In this document: one piece after another, positions 43,971-53,331 of the stretch | How positions within the stretch are numbered: the stretch's first letter is position 1 | Layout of the letters: each line of letters starts with the position of its first letter | NCBI GenBank assembly: GCA_045805265.1 | Contig: JBJMLO010000008.1 | Coordinates: 128,846 to 192,845, forward strand | Source of the DNA: Actinomycetota bacterium | GTDB taxonomy: Bacteria > Actinomycetota > UBA4738 > JACQTL01 | Direction of reading: 5' to 3' | Length of the DNA: 64,000 nucleotides | Notes under the pieces: model-generated | Database searches by the model: none | Told to the model about the DNA's origin: nothing | The model's input: the letters and a program-made list of their open reading frames with translations, nothing else | Made by a program: the position numbers and the translations under genes

Positions 43971-44630
43971 GTGACCATCGACGCCGCGGCGGGTCCGCAC
44001 GGTGAGGGCGCGTTCGCGAAGGGGTCCGTCGACGAGGACCGGTTCCTGCGCGTCCTGGACCGGCTCGTGGCCGCGCTGTCGTCGACGGGCGTGCCCTTCG
44101 CGTTCATCGGCGGGATCGCCTCCGCGGTGCTGGGCCGCCCCCGACCGACGGTCGACGTCGACGTCCTGGTCCGGCCCTGGGAGGCCGTCGACGTCATGGG
44201 GCGCCTGCAGGCCGCGGGGTTCGCCACCCAGCGCACCTACCCCCACTGGCTGTTCAAGGCGGAGCGCGACGGCGTGGTCACCGACGTGATCTTCGTCTCC
44301 ACCGGAGACCTGTACCTCGACGACGAGATGGTCGTGCGGGTACAGGACCGGGAGTTCATGGGCCGGAGGCTGCCGGTGGTCGCGCCCGAGGACCTCGTCG
44401 TGATGAAGGCGCTGGCCCACTCCGAGGAGACCCCGCGGTATTGGTACGACGGGCTGTCGATCCTCGCGTGGAACGAGCCCGACTGGGACTACCTGCTCCG
44501 CCGGGCCCGCCACGGGCCGCGCCGGGTCCTGTCGTTCCTGCTGTTCGCCCGGTCGACCGGGCTGGTCATCCCGGGGTCGGCCCTGCGGGCGCTCCGGGAC
44601 GTGATCGAGCGGGGCCGCAGGGCGGCGTGA
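43971..44630 (+). CDS. nucleotidyltransferase-like family protein (paralog of 43262..43891, divergent)
   Basis: Track ORF 43614..44630 trimmed to the GTG at 43971 (...SVDEDRFLRVLDRLVAALSSTGVPFAFIGGIASAVLGRPRPTVDVDVLV...). It shares the DW/DYLLRRARHG..RVLS.L motifs with the minus-strand copy. Confidence 0.6.
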   Translation: MTIDAAAGPHGEGAFAKGSVDEDRFLRVLDRLVAALSSTGVPFAFIGGIASAVLGRPRPTVDVDVLVRPWEAVDVMGRLQAAGFATQRTYPHWLFKAERDGVVTDVIFVSTGDLYLDDEMVVRVQDREFMGRRLPVVAPEDLVVMKALAHSEETPRYWYDGLSILAWNEPDWDYLLRRARHGPRRVLSFLLFARSTGLVIPGSALRALRDVIERGRRAA

Positions 44631-44633
44631 GGC

Positions 44634-45371
44634 TCACCCGGAGTGGCCGACCTCCGTGAGGAACCGGTCGTACTCGTCGAGGATCACCCGGTAGCACTCG
44701 CAGGACGCCGCCGCGAGCCCGTCGGCATCGAGCACCTCGATCCTGCCGCGCCGGTACCGGATCACCCCGGCCTTCTGCAGCAGCCCGGCGGCGATGGTGA
44801 CCGTGGCCCGGCGGACGCCGAGCATCTCGGCCAGGAACTCCTGGGTCAGGTCGAACTCGTCCGCCCCCACCTGCTGCCGGGTCGTGAGGAGCCACCGCGC
44901 GCATCGCATCTCGAGGGGGTGCAGCCGGTTGCACGCCACCTCTTGCGCCGTCGAGACGACGAGCACGAGGGCGTAGCGCTCCAGGAGGTCCCGGAGGGGC
45001 CCCGCGGCCTGGCTGGCCTCCCGGAACGTGCCGGCGTCCACCTCGAGCGCATCGCCGGCCACCTGGGAGATCGCCCGCTGGCTCGGCATCGACCGGGACC
45101 CCAGGAAATGGTGCAGCCCGACCATGCCCTCCCTGCCCACGGTCGCGAACTCCACCATGTCGCCGTCGTTCATCACGGTGACCAGCGACAGCACGCCCGA
45201 CAGCGGGAAGTACACGTGCGGGGTCTCCTGGCCCGGCTCCCACAGGACGCGTCGCTGCTCGAGGTGCACCACCCGCGACCCGGCCGCGATCATCCCCCGG
45301 GCCTCGACGGGCAGCGCCCCGAGCAGTGCGTTCTGCGTTTCGGCGTCCCCGGTCGGTCCGACCGCGTCCAT
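44634..45371 (-). CDS. Crp/Fnr-family transcriptional regulator (cNMP-binding domain plus C-terminal HTH)
   Basis: Track ORF 44634..45371. GGGAGG lies upstream. ...RRATVTIAAGLLQKAGVIRYRRGRIEVLD. Confidence 0.8.
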   Translation of the reverse strand: MDAVGPTGDAETQNALLGALPVEARGMIAAGSRVVHLEQRRVLWEPGQETPHVYFPLSGVLSLVTVMNDGDMVEFATVGREGMVGLHHFLGSRSMPSQRAISQVAGDALEVDAGTFREASQAAGPLRDLLERYALVLVVSTAQEVACNRLHPLEMRCARWLLTTRQQVGADEFDLTQEFLAEMLGVRRATVTIAAGLLQKAGVIRYRRGRIEVLDADGLAAASCECYRVILDEYDRFLTEVGHSG

Positions 45372-45477
45372 GTGCGAGATCCTCCCGGTCCGGGGATCCG
45401 GCGTGGTTCCTTGCGCGGGCAGGCGTCGTGCGACGACGCACTCTAGTTGCGTGTCGGAGGAACCTCAACCCGGGAGA

Positions 45478-45861
45478 TCAGAACGCGGGGAGTTCGCCGA
45501 GCACCTCGCGGACGCGGGCCAGGTCACGCATCCTCGGCTGGGTCTGGCCGCGGGCCCACCGACCCACCGTGCGGGAGGAGACGCCGATCCGGCGGGCCGC
45601 CGACTCCTGCGACAGCCCCTCAGCGCGGAGACGCTGCAGCAGCCAGGAGCGGAACTCCTCCGCCCCCGCAGGATGCTGCGTGGCCCCTGACGGGACGACC
45701 TCCAGCTCGAGCTCGGAGCGATCCAGCCGGATGTGGATGTCGACGGGCGAGCCCTGCCGGCCCGTCGCGGCCAGGCCCGCCAGCTCGCCGCGGACCCCGT
45801 TCCGTTGCCTGGCTTCGGTTCCGGCCGCGGCGACGGCGCGCTCCAGCGAGGCGACGATCAT
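45478..45861 (-). CDS. XRE-family HTH transcriptional regulator (paralog of 41359..41721)
   Basis: Track ORF 45478..46167 trimmed to MIVASLERAV.... The C-terminus is EGLSQESAARRIGVSSRTVGRWARGQTQPRMRDLARVREVLGELPAF. Confidence 0.6.
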   Translation of the reverse strand: MIVASLERAVAAAGTEARQRNGVRGELAGLAATGRQGSPVDIHIRLDRSELELEVVPSGATQHPAGAEEFRSWLLQRLRAEGLSQESAARRIGVSSRTVGRWARGQTQPRMRDLARVREVLGELPAF

Positions 45862-46097
45862 CGCGAGGACGTCGCCGCGTTTGCCTTCGTCGAGCTGGAA
45901 CCTGGTGCGCCGGGCGGTCGGACCCTGTGGTGTCGGTGCAGGCACAAGCGAGGACCTCCTAGCTGGGCATTTCTTCGCCCCGTCGTGGACCTGCTCTCTT
46001 CTTGCACCCTTCCCCCCGGGCCACTCGGACAAACCGGACTCGCCGGGAGTGAAGGCGCAGCCCAAAGGGGGTATGGTGTGCCGGGAGGTAGTCACTC

Positions 46098-46559
46098 TTG
46101 GATCAAGCTGACGCCCCGGCCGGCGCGTCCGTCGGCGGTATCGACTTTCTCTCCGGGCTGCTCGCAAGGCTGCAGACGATGTTCGGAGCCGTGGTGCTGG
46201 ATGCCCGGGACGAGCTGGACGGCTCGATCGTCGTCGACGTGCAGCTCGAGGCCGGCCGGGCGCTCGAGGTGTATCGGGCCCACATCCGCAACTCGGTGCA
46301 CGACCAGCTGGCCATCTCGGCGCTGCTCGTCGAGACCAGCGCGTCCATCGTGGGCCGGACCGGCGCCCTGGTGGAACGCCTCCGGCTGGCCAGAGAGCAG
46401 CGCAGCGTTGCGGTGTCGAACCTCAGGCAGTTGCGGGCGACGCTTGCTCAACGGCGAGACCTGCTGCGGACGGCGGACCTTTCCTCAGGCCTGTCCCGGG
46501 GCGGGATCCATCGTCAGGATGACGCCGGTGATCCCGCCGCCGGCGTCGACCATGGGTGA
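46098..46559 (+). CDS. hypothetical protein (weak call)
   Basis: Track ORF 46098..46559. TTG start with GGGAGG 9 nt upstream. The composition is protein-like, but its 3' end overlaps the convergent CheR-like gene by ~75 nt. Confidence 0.3.
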   Translation: MDQADAPAGASVGGIDFLSGLLARLQTMFGAVVLDARDELDGSIVVDVQLEAGRALEVYRAHIRNSVHDQLAISALLVETSASIVGRTGALVERLRLAREQRSVAVSNLRQLRATLAQRRDLLRTADLSSGLSRGGIHRQDDAGDPAAGVDHG

Positions 46560-48338
46560 GCACGCTACCCGGCAGACGATCCGCTGACCGCGCCGGGTCA
46601 CGGCGTCGAGCTCGATCGGCTCCTGTGACTGACCGCCCAGTGCGCCCAGCAGCGATGCCTTGAGCTCCCCCACCGGGAGCCCGATGTCGAGATCCAGGAA
46701 CGGCTGACCCCGCACCTCGTCCTCGGTGAACCCCCACAGGTCTCGAGCCCGATCGTTCCACATCATCACCCGGAGCTCTCCGTCCACCACGGCGACCCCC
46801 GAGCTGACGCTGGCCAGGATCGAGGTCATGAAGGCATTGGCCAGGTGCACCTCGTCGGTACGCCGCCGGACCTCCTCGTTGATGGTCTCGAGCTCCTCGT
46901 TGGTCGAGCGGAGCTCCTCGTTGGTGGTCTCGAGCTCCTCGTTGGTGGACTGGAGCTCCTCGTTGGTGGTCTCCAGCTCCTCGTTGGTGGACTGGAGCTC
47001 CTCGTTGGTGGTCTCCAGCTCCTCGTTGGTCGACTGGAGCTCCTCCATGGCGGTCTCGAGCTCCTGGTTCGCGTGCTCGAAGGCCTGCCGGAGATCCCGG
47101 TAGCTGGTCACCTCGTGGACGGCTACGCTCACGCCGAGGAGCCCGCCCCCCCGGTCCTCGAGCGGCACCAGCTCCACTTCGAGCCACATCGTCTCGCCCT
47201 CGAGCTGCCACTGGACGTCCTCCAGCCGAATGGGCTCGCGATCGGCCTGGATGCGCTGGATGTGCGAGCGCAGCTCCACGGGCCGGAACGACACGTCGAG
47301 GTCCTGCAGGGGCCGTCCGAGGTCCTGGGGGTTCAGGCCGAACAGCTTCCGGGCCCGAGCGTTGGCCTGGGTGAGCATCCCGTTGCGATCGACGACCAGC
47401 TGGGCGACCGGTCCGAGCTCGAACGCGGACTCACGGCCCCGAAGGTGACTGGAGATGGAACCCCCCTCCTCGTAGGCGTTGGAGATGAGCATAAGCCGCT
47501 CACGCACGTCCTCATCCGAGGTTGCCTTCATGAACACCCGGCGCCGGAGGTCGACGGGCGAGAAGGAGCGCAGGTGCGTGAACAGCATCTCGGCCTTCCC
47601 CAGGACCAGGAACCCCCCCTCGTTCAGGGCGAAATAGAAGTTGCCCATCACGTGGGTCTGGGTCTCGGAGTTCAGGTACATCAGCGTGTTGCGGCACATC
47701 AGGAGGTCGATGCGGGAGATCGGGGCGTCCTGGACCAGGTCGTGCCGCCCGAAGATCATGGCCTGCCGGAGCTCCTTCGAGACCATGTACGAGCCGTCCG
47801 ACCCGCGGTCGAGGTACCGCGAGAGCAGGACCGGCGGGACGTCCTCAACCTGGCGCGCCGTGTACACCGCGGCCCGGGCCTGCGCCAGCGCGTCCTCGTC
47901 GACGTCGGTGGCGTAGATCTTCACCCGCTCCCGGAACCGGCCGGTCCCCAGCTGCTCGGCGAAGAGCATGGCCAGGCTGTAGGGCTCCTCGCCCGACGCG
48001 CACCCCGGCAGCCACAGCCGGATGGTCTGGTCCTCGCCGCGCGCCTCGACGACGCGGGGGACCACCTCGTCCGCCAGGAAGTCCCAGATCGCCGGGTCGC
48101 GGAAGAAGTTGGTGACGTTGATCAGGATGCAGTTGAACAGCTCGGTGAACTCGTCGGGGTCCACCTGGAGCCGGTCGAGGTAGTCGGCCGCGCCGTCGAT
48201 GCCGACGGTCTCCATGCGCTTGTGGATCCGCCGGGACAGGCTGGAGCGCTTGTACCCGGTGAAGTCGAACCCCCGGCTCTCCTTCAGGTAGCGAAGGAGG
48301 GCCTCGAGCTCCTCCTCGGTCCGGCCCTGTTCGCTCAT
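46485..48338 (-). CDS. CheR-type protein-glutamate O-methyltransferase fused to PAS domains and a coiled-coil repeat region
   Basis: Track ORF 46485..48338. CheR_N plus SAM-MTase (FFRDPAIWDFLADEVVP...LWLPGCASGEEPYSLAML), then PAS, then 14-aa tandem repeats (EELETTNEELQSTN) x ~5, then a second PAS. Confidence 0.85.
   Translation of the reverse strand: MSEQGRTEEELEALLRYLKESRGFDFTGYKRSSLSRRIHKRMETVGIDGAADYLDRLQVDPDEFTELFNCILINVTNFFRDPAIWDFLADEVVPRVVEARGEDQTIRLWLPGCASGEEPYSLAMLFAEQLGTGRFRERVKIYATDVDEDALAQARAAVYTARQVEDVPPVLLSRYLDRGSDGSYMVSKELRQAMIFGRHDLVQDAPISRIDLLMCRNTLMYLNSETQTHVMGNFYFALNEGGFLVLGKAEMLFTHLRSFSPVDLRRRVFMKATSDEDVRERLMLISNAYEEGGSISSHLRGRESAFELGPVAQLVVDRNGMLTQANARARKLFGLNPQDLGRPLQDLDVSFRPVELRSHIQRIQADREPIRLEDVQWQLEGETMWLEVELVPLEDRGGGLLGVSVAVHEVTSYRDLRQAFEHANQELETAMEELQSTNEELETTNEELQSTNEELETTNEELQSTNEELETTNEELRSTNEELETINEEVRRRTDEVHLANAFMTSILASVSSGVAVVDGELRVMMWNDRARDLWGFTEDEVRGQPFLDLDIGLPVGELKASLLGALGGQSQEPIELDAVTRRGQRIVCRVACSPMVDAGGGITGVILTMDPAPGQA
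46860..47050 (-). repeat. tandem 42-bp coding repeats (coiled-coil ELETTNEELQSTNE units) inside the CheR-PAS gene
   Basis: The plus strand reads ctcctcgttggtggtctccagctcctcgttggtggactggag repeated several times. Confidence 0.6.
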
Positions 48339-48925
48339 GGCTGTCCCCCGGACACGAGCGAGACCAGCGCGCCGGGAATCTCCGCCAGCGACAGGACGAA
48401 GTCCACCGAGCCCGTGTCGATCGCCGCCTGGGGCATCCCGGAGAACTCCGCCGCCTCGTCCTGGGCGATCACCGTGCCCCCCATCTGCTTCACCGCCTTC
48501 GCCCCCATCGCGCCGTCGCTCCCCGTCCCCGACAGGATGACCGCAATCGCGCGCTGACGGAACCCGGCCGCGAGCGATTCGAACAACAGGTCGGCCGACG
48601 GACGCACGAAGTGCACCAGCTCGGTCTCGGTCAGCTCGAGCACGCCGTCCGAGTTCACCAGCAGATGGTGGTTCGGCGGGGCCACGAACACCTGCCCGGG
48701 CTCGAGCCGGTCGCCCGCTCGCGCCTCCTTGACCTCCAGGGGGATGCGACGATCGAGGATCTCGGCCATGACGCTGCGGTGCCGCGGGTCGAGGTGCTGC
48801 ACGACCAGCACGGGCGCCGGGAAGTCCGATTGCAGCTCCTTGAGAACTGTGCTCAGCGCGCTGAGCCCGCCCGCCGACGCCGCCATCCCCACGACGTCGA
48901 ACCCGCCCCCGGCTCCCCCGTCCAC
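48335..48925 (-). CDS. CheB-type methylesterase catalytic-domain protein (no receiver domain)
   Basis: Track ORF 48335..48925. FDVVGMAASAGGLSAL...VVQHLDP...GTGSDGA. Its stop overlaps the CheR start (ATGA). Confidence 0.8.
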   Translation of the reverse strand: MDGGAGGGFDVVGMAASAGGLSALSTVLKELQSDFPAPVLVVQHLDPRHRSVMAEILDRRIPLEVKEARAGDRLEPGQVFVAPPNHHLLVNSDGVLELTETELVHFVRPSADLLFESLAAGFRQRAIAVILSGTGSDGAMGAKAVKQMGGTVIAQDEAAEFSGMPQAAIDTGSVDFVLSLAEIPGALVSLVSGGQP

Positions 48926-48926
48926 G

Positions 48927-50057
48927 TCAGCTTCCCGTGTCCTGCTGTTCCCGCGCCTCCGCTTCCTCGGAGCGCTTCCCGGTGGCCGGATCGGCCGGGA
49001 GGCCGGCCCCGGCCGGGACCAGCACCTGCCCGGTCAGCGCCGCGCGCAGGATCGTGGCCCGCTCCCGGGAAGCCCGGGCCTGCCGCTCGAACCGCGTGGC
49101 GGTGATGGCCTGACCCAGCTCCCGGGCCCGGCCGGCCAGCCGGCCCTGGAGGCTGCCGCTCTCCTCCAGCGAGCGGATGCCCGCCCAGATCGCGGCCTCC
49201 AGGGAGTCGGACTGCGCCGACAGCAGGCCGGCCGGCGAGTAGGCGTGCCCGACCCGGCACCGGTACCGGACCAGCTGCCCGTCCCGCACCTCCCACAGGA
49301 CCCCGCTGCACTCGGGACACGTGAACCCGCTCGGCTCCCCGGCGAGGTCGGTCTGTGCGATCGGGGCCTCGACCTCCACGATGTCGAGCTCCTGGTCGTC
49401 GTCCACCACTGGCTCCTCCCCGCTCCTCGGACGGGGCTCCGCGGCGAGCCGCGCGAGCACGCTCCCCATCTTCGCCAGCCCGACCACGTGGTCGACCGGC
49501 ACGCTGGCGATCGCCGCCCGCGCCATGCCGTCGAACAGCGCGTCGTCGGGGTCGAGCACGACGGCGGTCCCGCCGCGCTCCCGGATCCGGCCCAGGCCCT
49601 GTGAACCGTCGTCCAGGGCGCCGGACAGCACGACGCCCATCACCCGCGGCCCGTACGCCGCCGCGGCCGACCGGAACAGAGGATCGATCGCCGGCCGCAT
49701 GCCGTTCTCCCTCGGACCGGCGACGAGCTTGATGTGCCCGCGCTTCACCAGCATGTGCGCGCCGGGCGGCGCGATCGCGATCCGATTCCGCTCGATGGGC
49801 TGTCCGTCGACCGCATGCGCCGCGCGCAGCGGTCCCACCCTGGACAGGATGGCCGGCAGGACGCTCGTCCCGACGGCGGGCATGTGCATGACGACGAGCA
49901 CGGCCGCGTCGAGGTCGGCCGGCAGCTCCCGGGCCACCTCGCTCAGGGATTCCACGCCGCCGGCGGAGGCGCCCATCACGATGATGTCGTGATCGGGCAT
50001 CGTGCTTTGAGGGTACCCCCCTCGGGCGCGCCCGGACACCGCGTGCCCGGCACTCAC
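48927..50057 (-). CDS. CheB-type methylesterase domain protein with a C-terminal Cys-containing (CPECSG...YRCRVGH) extension
   Basis: Track ORF 48927..50057. IIVMGASAGGVESLSEV...VVMHMPA.... The GTG at 50057 overlaps the SDR stop (GTGA). An alternative start is the ATG at 50000. Confidence 0.7.
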   Translation of the reverse strand: MSAGHAVSGRARGGYPQSTMPDHDIIVMGASAGGVESLSEVARELPADLDAAVLVVMHMPAVGTSVLPAILSRVGPLRAAHAVDGQPIERNRIAIAPPGAHMLVKRGHIKLVAGPRENGMRPAIDPLFRSAAAAYGPRVMGVVLSGALDDGSQGLGRIRERGGTAVVLDPDDALFDGMARAAIASVPVDHVVGLAKMGSVLARLAAEPRPRSGEEPVVDDDQELDIVEVEAPIAQTDLAGEPSGFTCPECSGVLWEVRDGQLVRYRCRVGHAYSPAGLLSAQSDSLEAAIWAGIRSLEESGSLQGRLAGRARELGQAITATRFERQARASRERATILRAALTGQVLVPAGAGLPADPATGKRSEEAEAREQQDTGS

Positions 50058-51103
50058 CCCGCGTGGAGCTGCAGGTCCTCCGCCGCGCGGTCGCCCAGCG
50101 CGATCAGCGGGTCGGGAACCCCGCCCCGGCTGTCCACGCCCGCGCGGCGGTCCGTTCCGATCCCATCGGGCGACGGCAGCAGGCGCGACACCAGGGACAG
50201 GGCGCGAGCCGTGGTCGCCGGGGCCAGCCCGTGGATGCGAACGAGGGCCTTGGCCTGCGGCGTCAGGACGATCTCCGCCCTGCGCACCGCGATGGCCTCG
50301 ACGATCCGCCGCGCCGCCCGGTCGGCGTCCATCGAGACCACCGGCAGGGAGGACGCCAGGCTGAACCAGGCGAACTCCTCCCGGTGACGGGACTTGAACA
50401 GGGCCTGGAGGTGCGAGCCGGTCCGCATCAGGCCCGGCACCACCGTCGTCACCGAGATGCCGTGGGGCGCGAGCTCCGCGCGAAGGCCCTCGGAGAGACC
50501 GACCGCGGCGAACTTCGCGGCACAGTACGGCAGCAGGTGGGGCATGCTGATCCTTCCGCCGATCGACGTCACGGTGGCGATGCGGCCCTCCCCCCGATCC
50601 CGCATGTGCGGCAGCACTGCCAGGACGGGCCGGAGGACGCCCCAGAACATGACGTCCATGGCCTCCGCGAAGTCCTCCTGGGTCTGGGCCTCGAGTGGCC
50701 CCACCTGGACGACCCCCGCGTTGTTGACCAGCACGTCGATCGCGCCGAAGGCGTCGAGCGCCCGCTGGACGAGGCGATCGACGTCCTCCTGGCGGGAGAC
50801 GTCAGCAGGCACGGCCTCCACGGAACCGGGCCCCTCCACCCGGAGCCGGTGGGCGGCGGTCTCGAGCGTCTCCGCGTCCCGGCCGCAGATCACGAGGTCC
50901 GCGCCGAGCTCGGCGAACCGCCGGGCCATGGCGAACCCCAGCCCCCGCGACGCGCCGGTGACGAGCACCGTGCGGTCCTCGAACGCGGTGGCCGCGGCCC
51001 GTGCCCCCCGCAGCATCCGGAGCGCGGGGACGCCGGCCACGGCGCCCGCGGTGAGCGACGCGGCCAGCGAGGAGCTTCCGTCGCCGTTCGCTGACGTGCG
51101 CAT
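50054..51103 (-). CDS. short-chain dehydrogenase/reductase (SDR) family oxidoreductase
   Basis: Track ORF 50054..51103. TVLVTGASRGLG...NNAG...YCAAKFA. The start is either the ATG at 51103 (GGAGGG upstream) or the internal ATG at 51016. Confidence 0.8.
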   Translation of the reverse strand: MRTSANGDGSSSLAASLTAGAVAGVPALRMLRGARAAATAFEDRTVLVTGASRGLGFAMARRFAELGADLVICGRDAETLETAAHRLRVEGPGSVEAVPADVSRQEDVDRLVQRALDAFGAIDVLVNNAGVVQVGPLEAQTQEDFAEAMDVMFWGVLRPVLAVLPHMRDRGEGRIATVTSIGGRISMPHLLPYCAAKFAAVGLSEGLRAELAPHGISVTTVVPGLMRTGSHLQALFKSRHREEFAWFSLASSLPVVSMDADRAARRIVEAIAVRRAEIVLTPQAKALVRIHGLAPATTARALSLVSRLLPSPDGIGTDRRAGVDSRGGVPDPLIALGDRAAEDLQLHAG

Positions 51104-51191
51104 TGAGGCATCCCTCCAGTGGGTACGGGCGACACTTCTGTCTGCGCTGTATGGACCCGTACCCGAGGGATTCCGGCGGAAAACGGCGCGG

Positions 51192-53330
51192 CTAGCTCGG
51201 CGATGGCGGCGCGGGCTCGGATTCCTCGTCGTCGTCGCGGCCTCCGGGGCCCTCCTGCTGGCGGAACTCCTCCGCCCGGGATTCGGTCGGCTCGCCCCGG
51301 TGGATCGCCTGCGTCTCCTTCTCCAGCTCCTCGTCGACGCGAGGGTTGTGCTTGTCGCTTCCTCGGTCCATCGCGACCCCCTGCTGTCGTTCCTCCTCTC
51401 CGCGATGTACCCGGGACCGGGCGGGCGAACCTCGGAGGGCGATGGCGATCCACCCGCCCGCGGCCAGGGCGCCGACGACCCCGAGGGCCGCGAGGCCGTG
51501 GAGGCGCACGCCGGCCCGGTCGGCCGCGGTCCCGCCCAGGACCAGGACCGCCACGCCCAGCGCGGGAGCCACCGGCAGGCGGACGCGCGGCGGCAGCAGC
51601 GCCGCCGACCAGCCCGACCCGACGGCCGTCGTCAGACCGACCGACCCCAGGGTGAGCAGCGCCAGCAGGAAGACCGACGGGGGACCCGGGATGGACGGCG
51701 CCGCGAACGGACCGGCCGGGAGAGGCCCCCGGAGCACGGCGACGCCGGGCGCGATCTCCGAGCCCGGCCTCGCCGCCGCCAGCCGAGGGAACGAACGATC
51801 GAGGCTCGACAGCGCGATCACGGCCGGGTCGCGCCGAGCAAGGTCGCGGGTCCCGCTCCAGAACCGGGACGACCCGCGGTCGAACCGTTCCTGGCCCCGA
51901 AGGGTCGGCCGGTCCGCGAGCAGCCGGCCGTAGTCCCCGACGTACACCGCGACGGTCGCGATGCGGTCGGTGTCGACGGAGAGCCGGATCCAGTGGTCGG
52001 CCAGGATCGCGTCGACGTCCGGGCGGAAGGTTCCGGTGTCGACGAGCAGGATCGCGGGCCGTCCCTCCGGCAGGCCGTCCACGTACGCGGCGGCGGCGCG
52101 GACCTGCCGGAGCTCGGCCTCGTCGATGGTCGGCTGGGTCTTCCACCACGCCGAGGCGGAGGCGGCCACGGTGCCGGCGGCGCCCGCGGCCACCAGCAGC
52201 GTCCCGAGCGCGAGGCCGGCCCGCCGCGGCCCGCCGCGGCCTCGGGCCCTCCCCGCCCGGGCCAGCCCCCCGGCTGCCGCGATCACGCCCGCCGCCGCCA
52301 GCAGGGGGAGCGCGAGCGCGAACTCCAGCACCCGGTGGGCCGGGGCCGACGCGCCCGCCTCCAGCGCCGCCACCGCGAGCACGGGCGTGGCCGCCCACAG
52401 CACGAGGAAGACCAGCGCGCGGCTGGGCATGCGGCTCGGCCGGGGGTCGCCGGCCACGGCCGCGACGCCCACCGCCGCGGCCGGCGCCGCCACCGGCCAC
52501 CACGTGTCCGGCAGGGCCTGGTGGAGCTTGGTCAGAAACCCGTGCCGCGACAGGCCGGGGAACGACGGGGAGGCCGGGGCGAGGGCCAGCGCCGCGGCGC
52601 CGACCGCCGCCCCACCGGCCACCGCGCCGAGCGCGCGGACGGCCGGCGTGCGCGCCCAGGGGGTCCCGGCCCTCCTGGCCCGGAGGCTCTCCGGCACCAC
52701 CGCGATGCCGAGCGCCGCCAGCAACACACCGAGGAGCGCCGCGAAGCTCCAGTGGATGACGGCGCCGGAACCGAGCAGCAGCGCGGCCGCGACCATCGTC
52801 CGCCGCCCGTCGGCCGCGAGCAGCACGGCCACCGCCGCGCCGACCGCCACCACCGACAGGAGGAGGCTGTCGGCGTGTCCCCCGGCCATGAGCGCCACCA
52901 GCGGCGAGGCCCCGACCGCCAGCCCGAACAGGGGCGCCTGCCACGCCGGACGCCGCAGGCAGGCCCGGGCGAACCCGGCGGCCCCGGCGGCGATCATGAC
53001 CGCGGCCACCGCCGGGAACACCATGGCCAGCCGGAACGGCGACGCGCCGAGGGCGGCCGACCACAGGTCGACCAGCACCGGGTACCCGGGCCGGTCCGCC
53101 GTGACGGACACGCCGTGGGGAACGCTCGAGAGCGCGGCCATCCCCCGGTCGGCCACCAGTCGCGCCCGCCACACGTATTTCGGCGTGTCGTAGCCGACCG
53201 GCACCCGCAGGTGGTGGAACACGTACAGCGACAGGAACACCCCGGCGACCGCGACGAGCATGGCGGCGGCGAGCGCCCGCGCTTGCCAACGCGGCCCGGC
53301 GCCCTCCGGGCGGAGGCGGGTGGAGCTCAC
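51192..53330 (-). CDS. large polytopic membrane protein (712 aa; possibly a GT-C-like glycosyltransferase) with a hydrophilic acidic C-terminal tail
   Basis: Track ORF 51192..53330, GTG start. More than 12 predicted TM helices. The tail is MDRGSDKHNPRVDEELEKETQAIHRGEPTESRAEEFRQQEGPGGRDDDEESEPAPPSPS. Confidence 0.65.
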   Translation of the reverse strand: MSSTRLRPEGAGPRWQARALAAAMLVAVAGVFLSLYVFHHLRVPVGYDTPKYVWRARLVADRGMAALSSVPHGVSVTADRPGYPVLVDLWSAALGASPFRLAMVFPAVAAVMIAAGAAGFARACLRRPAWQAPLFGLAVGASPLVALMAGGHADSLLLSVVAVGAAVAVLLAADGRRTMVAAALLLGSGAVIHWSFAALLGVLLAALGIAVVPESLRARRAGTPWARTPAVRALGAVAGGAAVGAAALALAPASPSFPGLSRHGFLTKLHQALPDTWWPVAAPAAAVGVAAVAGDPRPSRMPSRALVFLVLWAATPVLAVAALEAGASAPAHRVLEFALALPLLAAAGVIAAAGGLARAGRARGRGGPRRAGLALGTLLVAAGAAGTVAASASAWWKTQPTIDEAELRQVRAAAAYVDGLPEGRPAILLVDTGTFRPDVDAILADHWIRLSVDTDRIATVAVYVGDYGRLLADRPTLRGQERFDRGSSRFWSGTRDLARRDPAVIALSSLDRSFPRLAAARPGSEIAPGVAVLRGPLPAGPFAAPSIPGPPSVFLLALLTLGSVGLTTAVGSGWSAALLPPRVRLPVAPALGVAVLVLGGTAADRAGVRLHGLAALGVVGALAAGGWIAIALRGSPARSRVHRGEEERQQGVAMDRGSDKHNPRVDEELEKETQAIHRGEPTESRAEEFRQQEGPGGRDDDEESEPAPPSPS

Positions 53331-53331
53331 G

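Noticed and set aside
42996-44513. 505-aa minus-strand ORF spanning the BON and NTase region
   Set aside because: Only its last 88 codons (the BON domain) are protein-like. The rest overlaps the two NTase-like genes out of frame.
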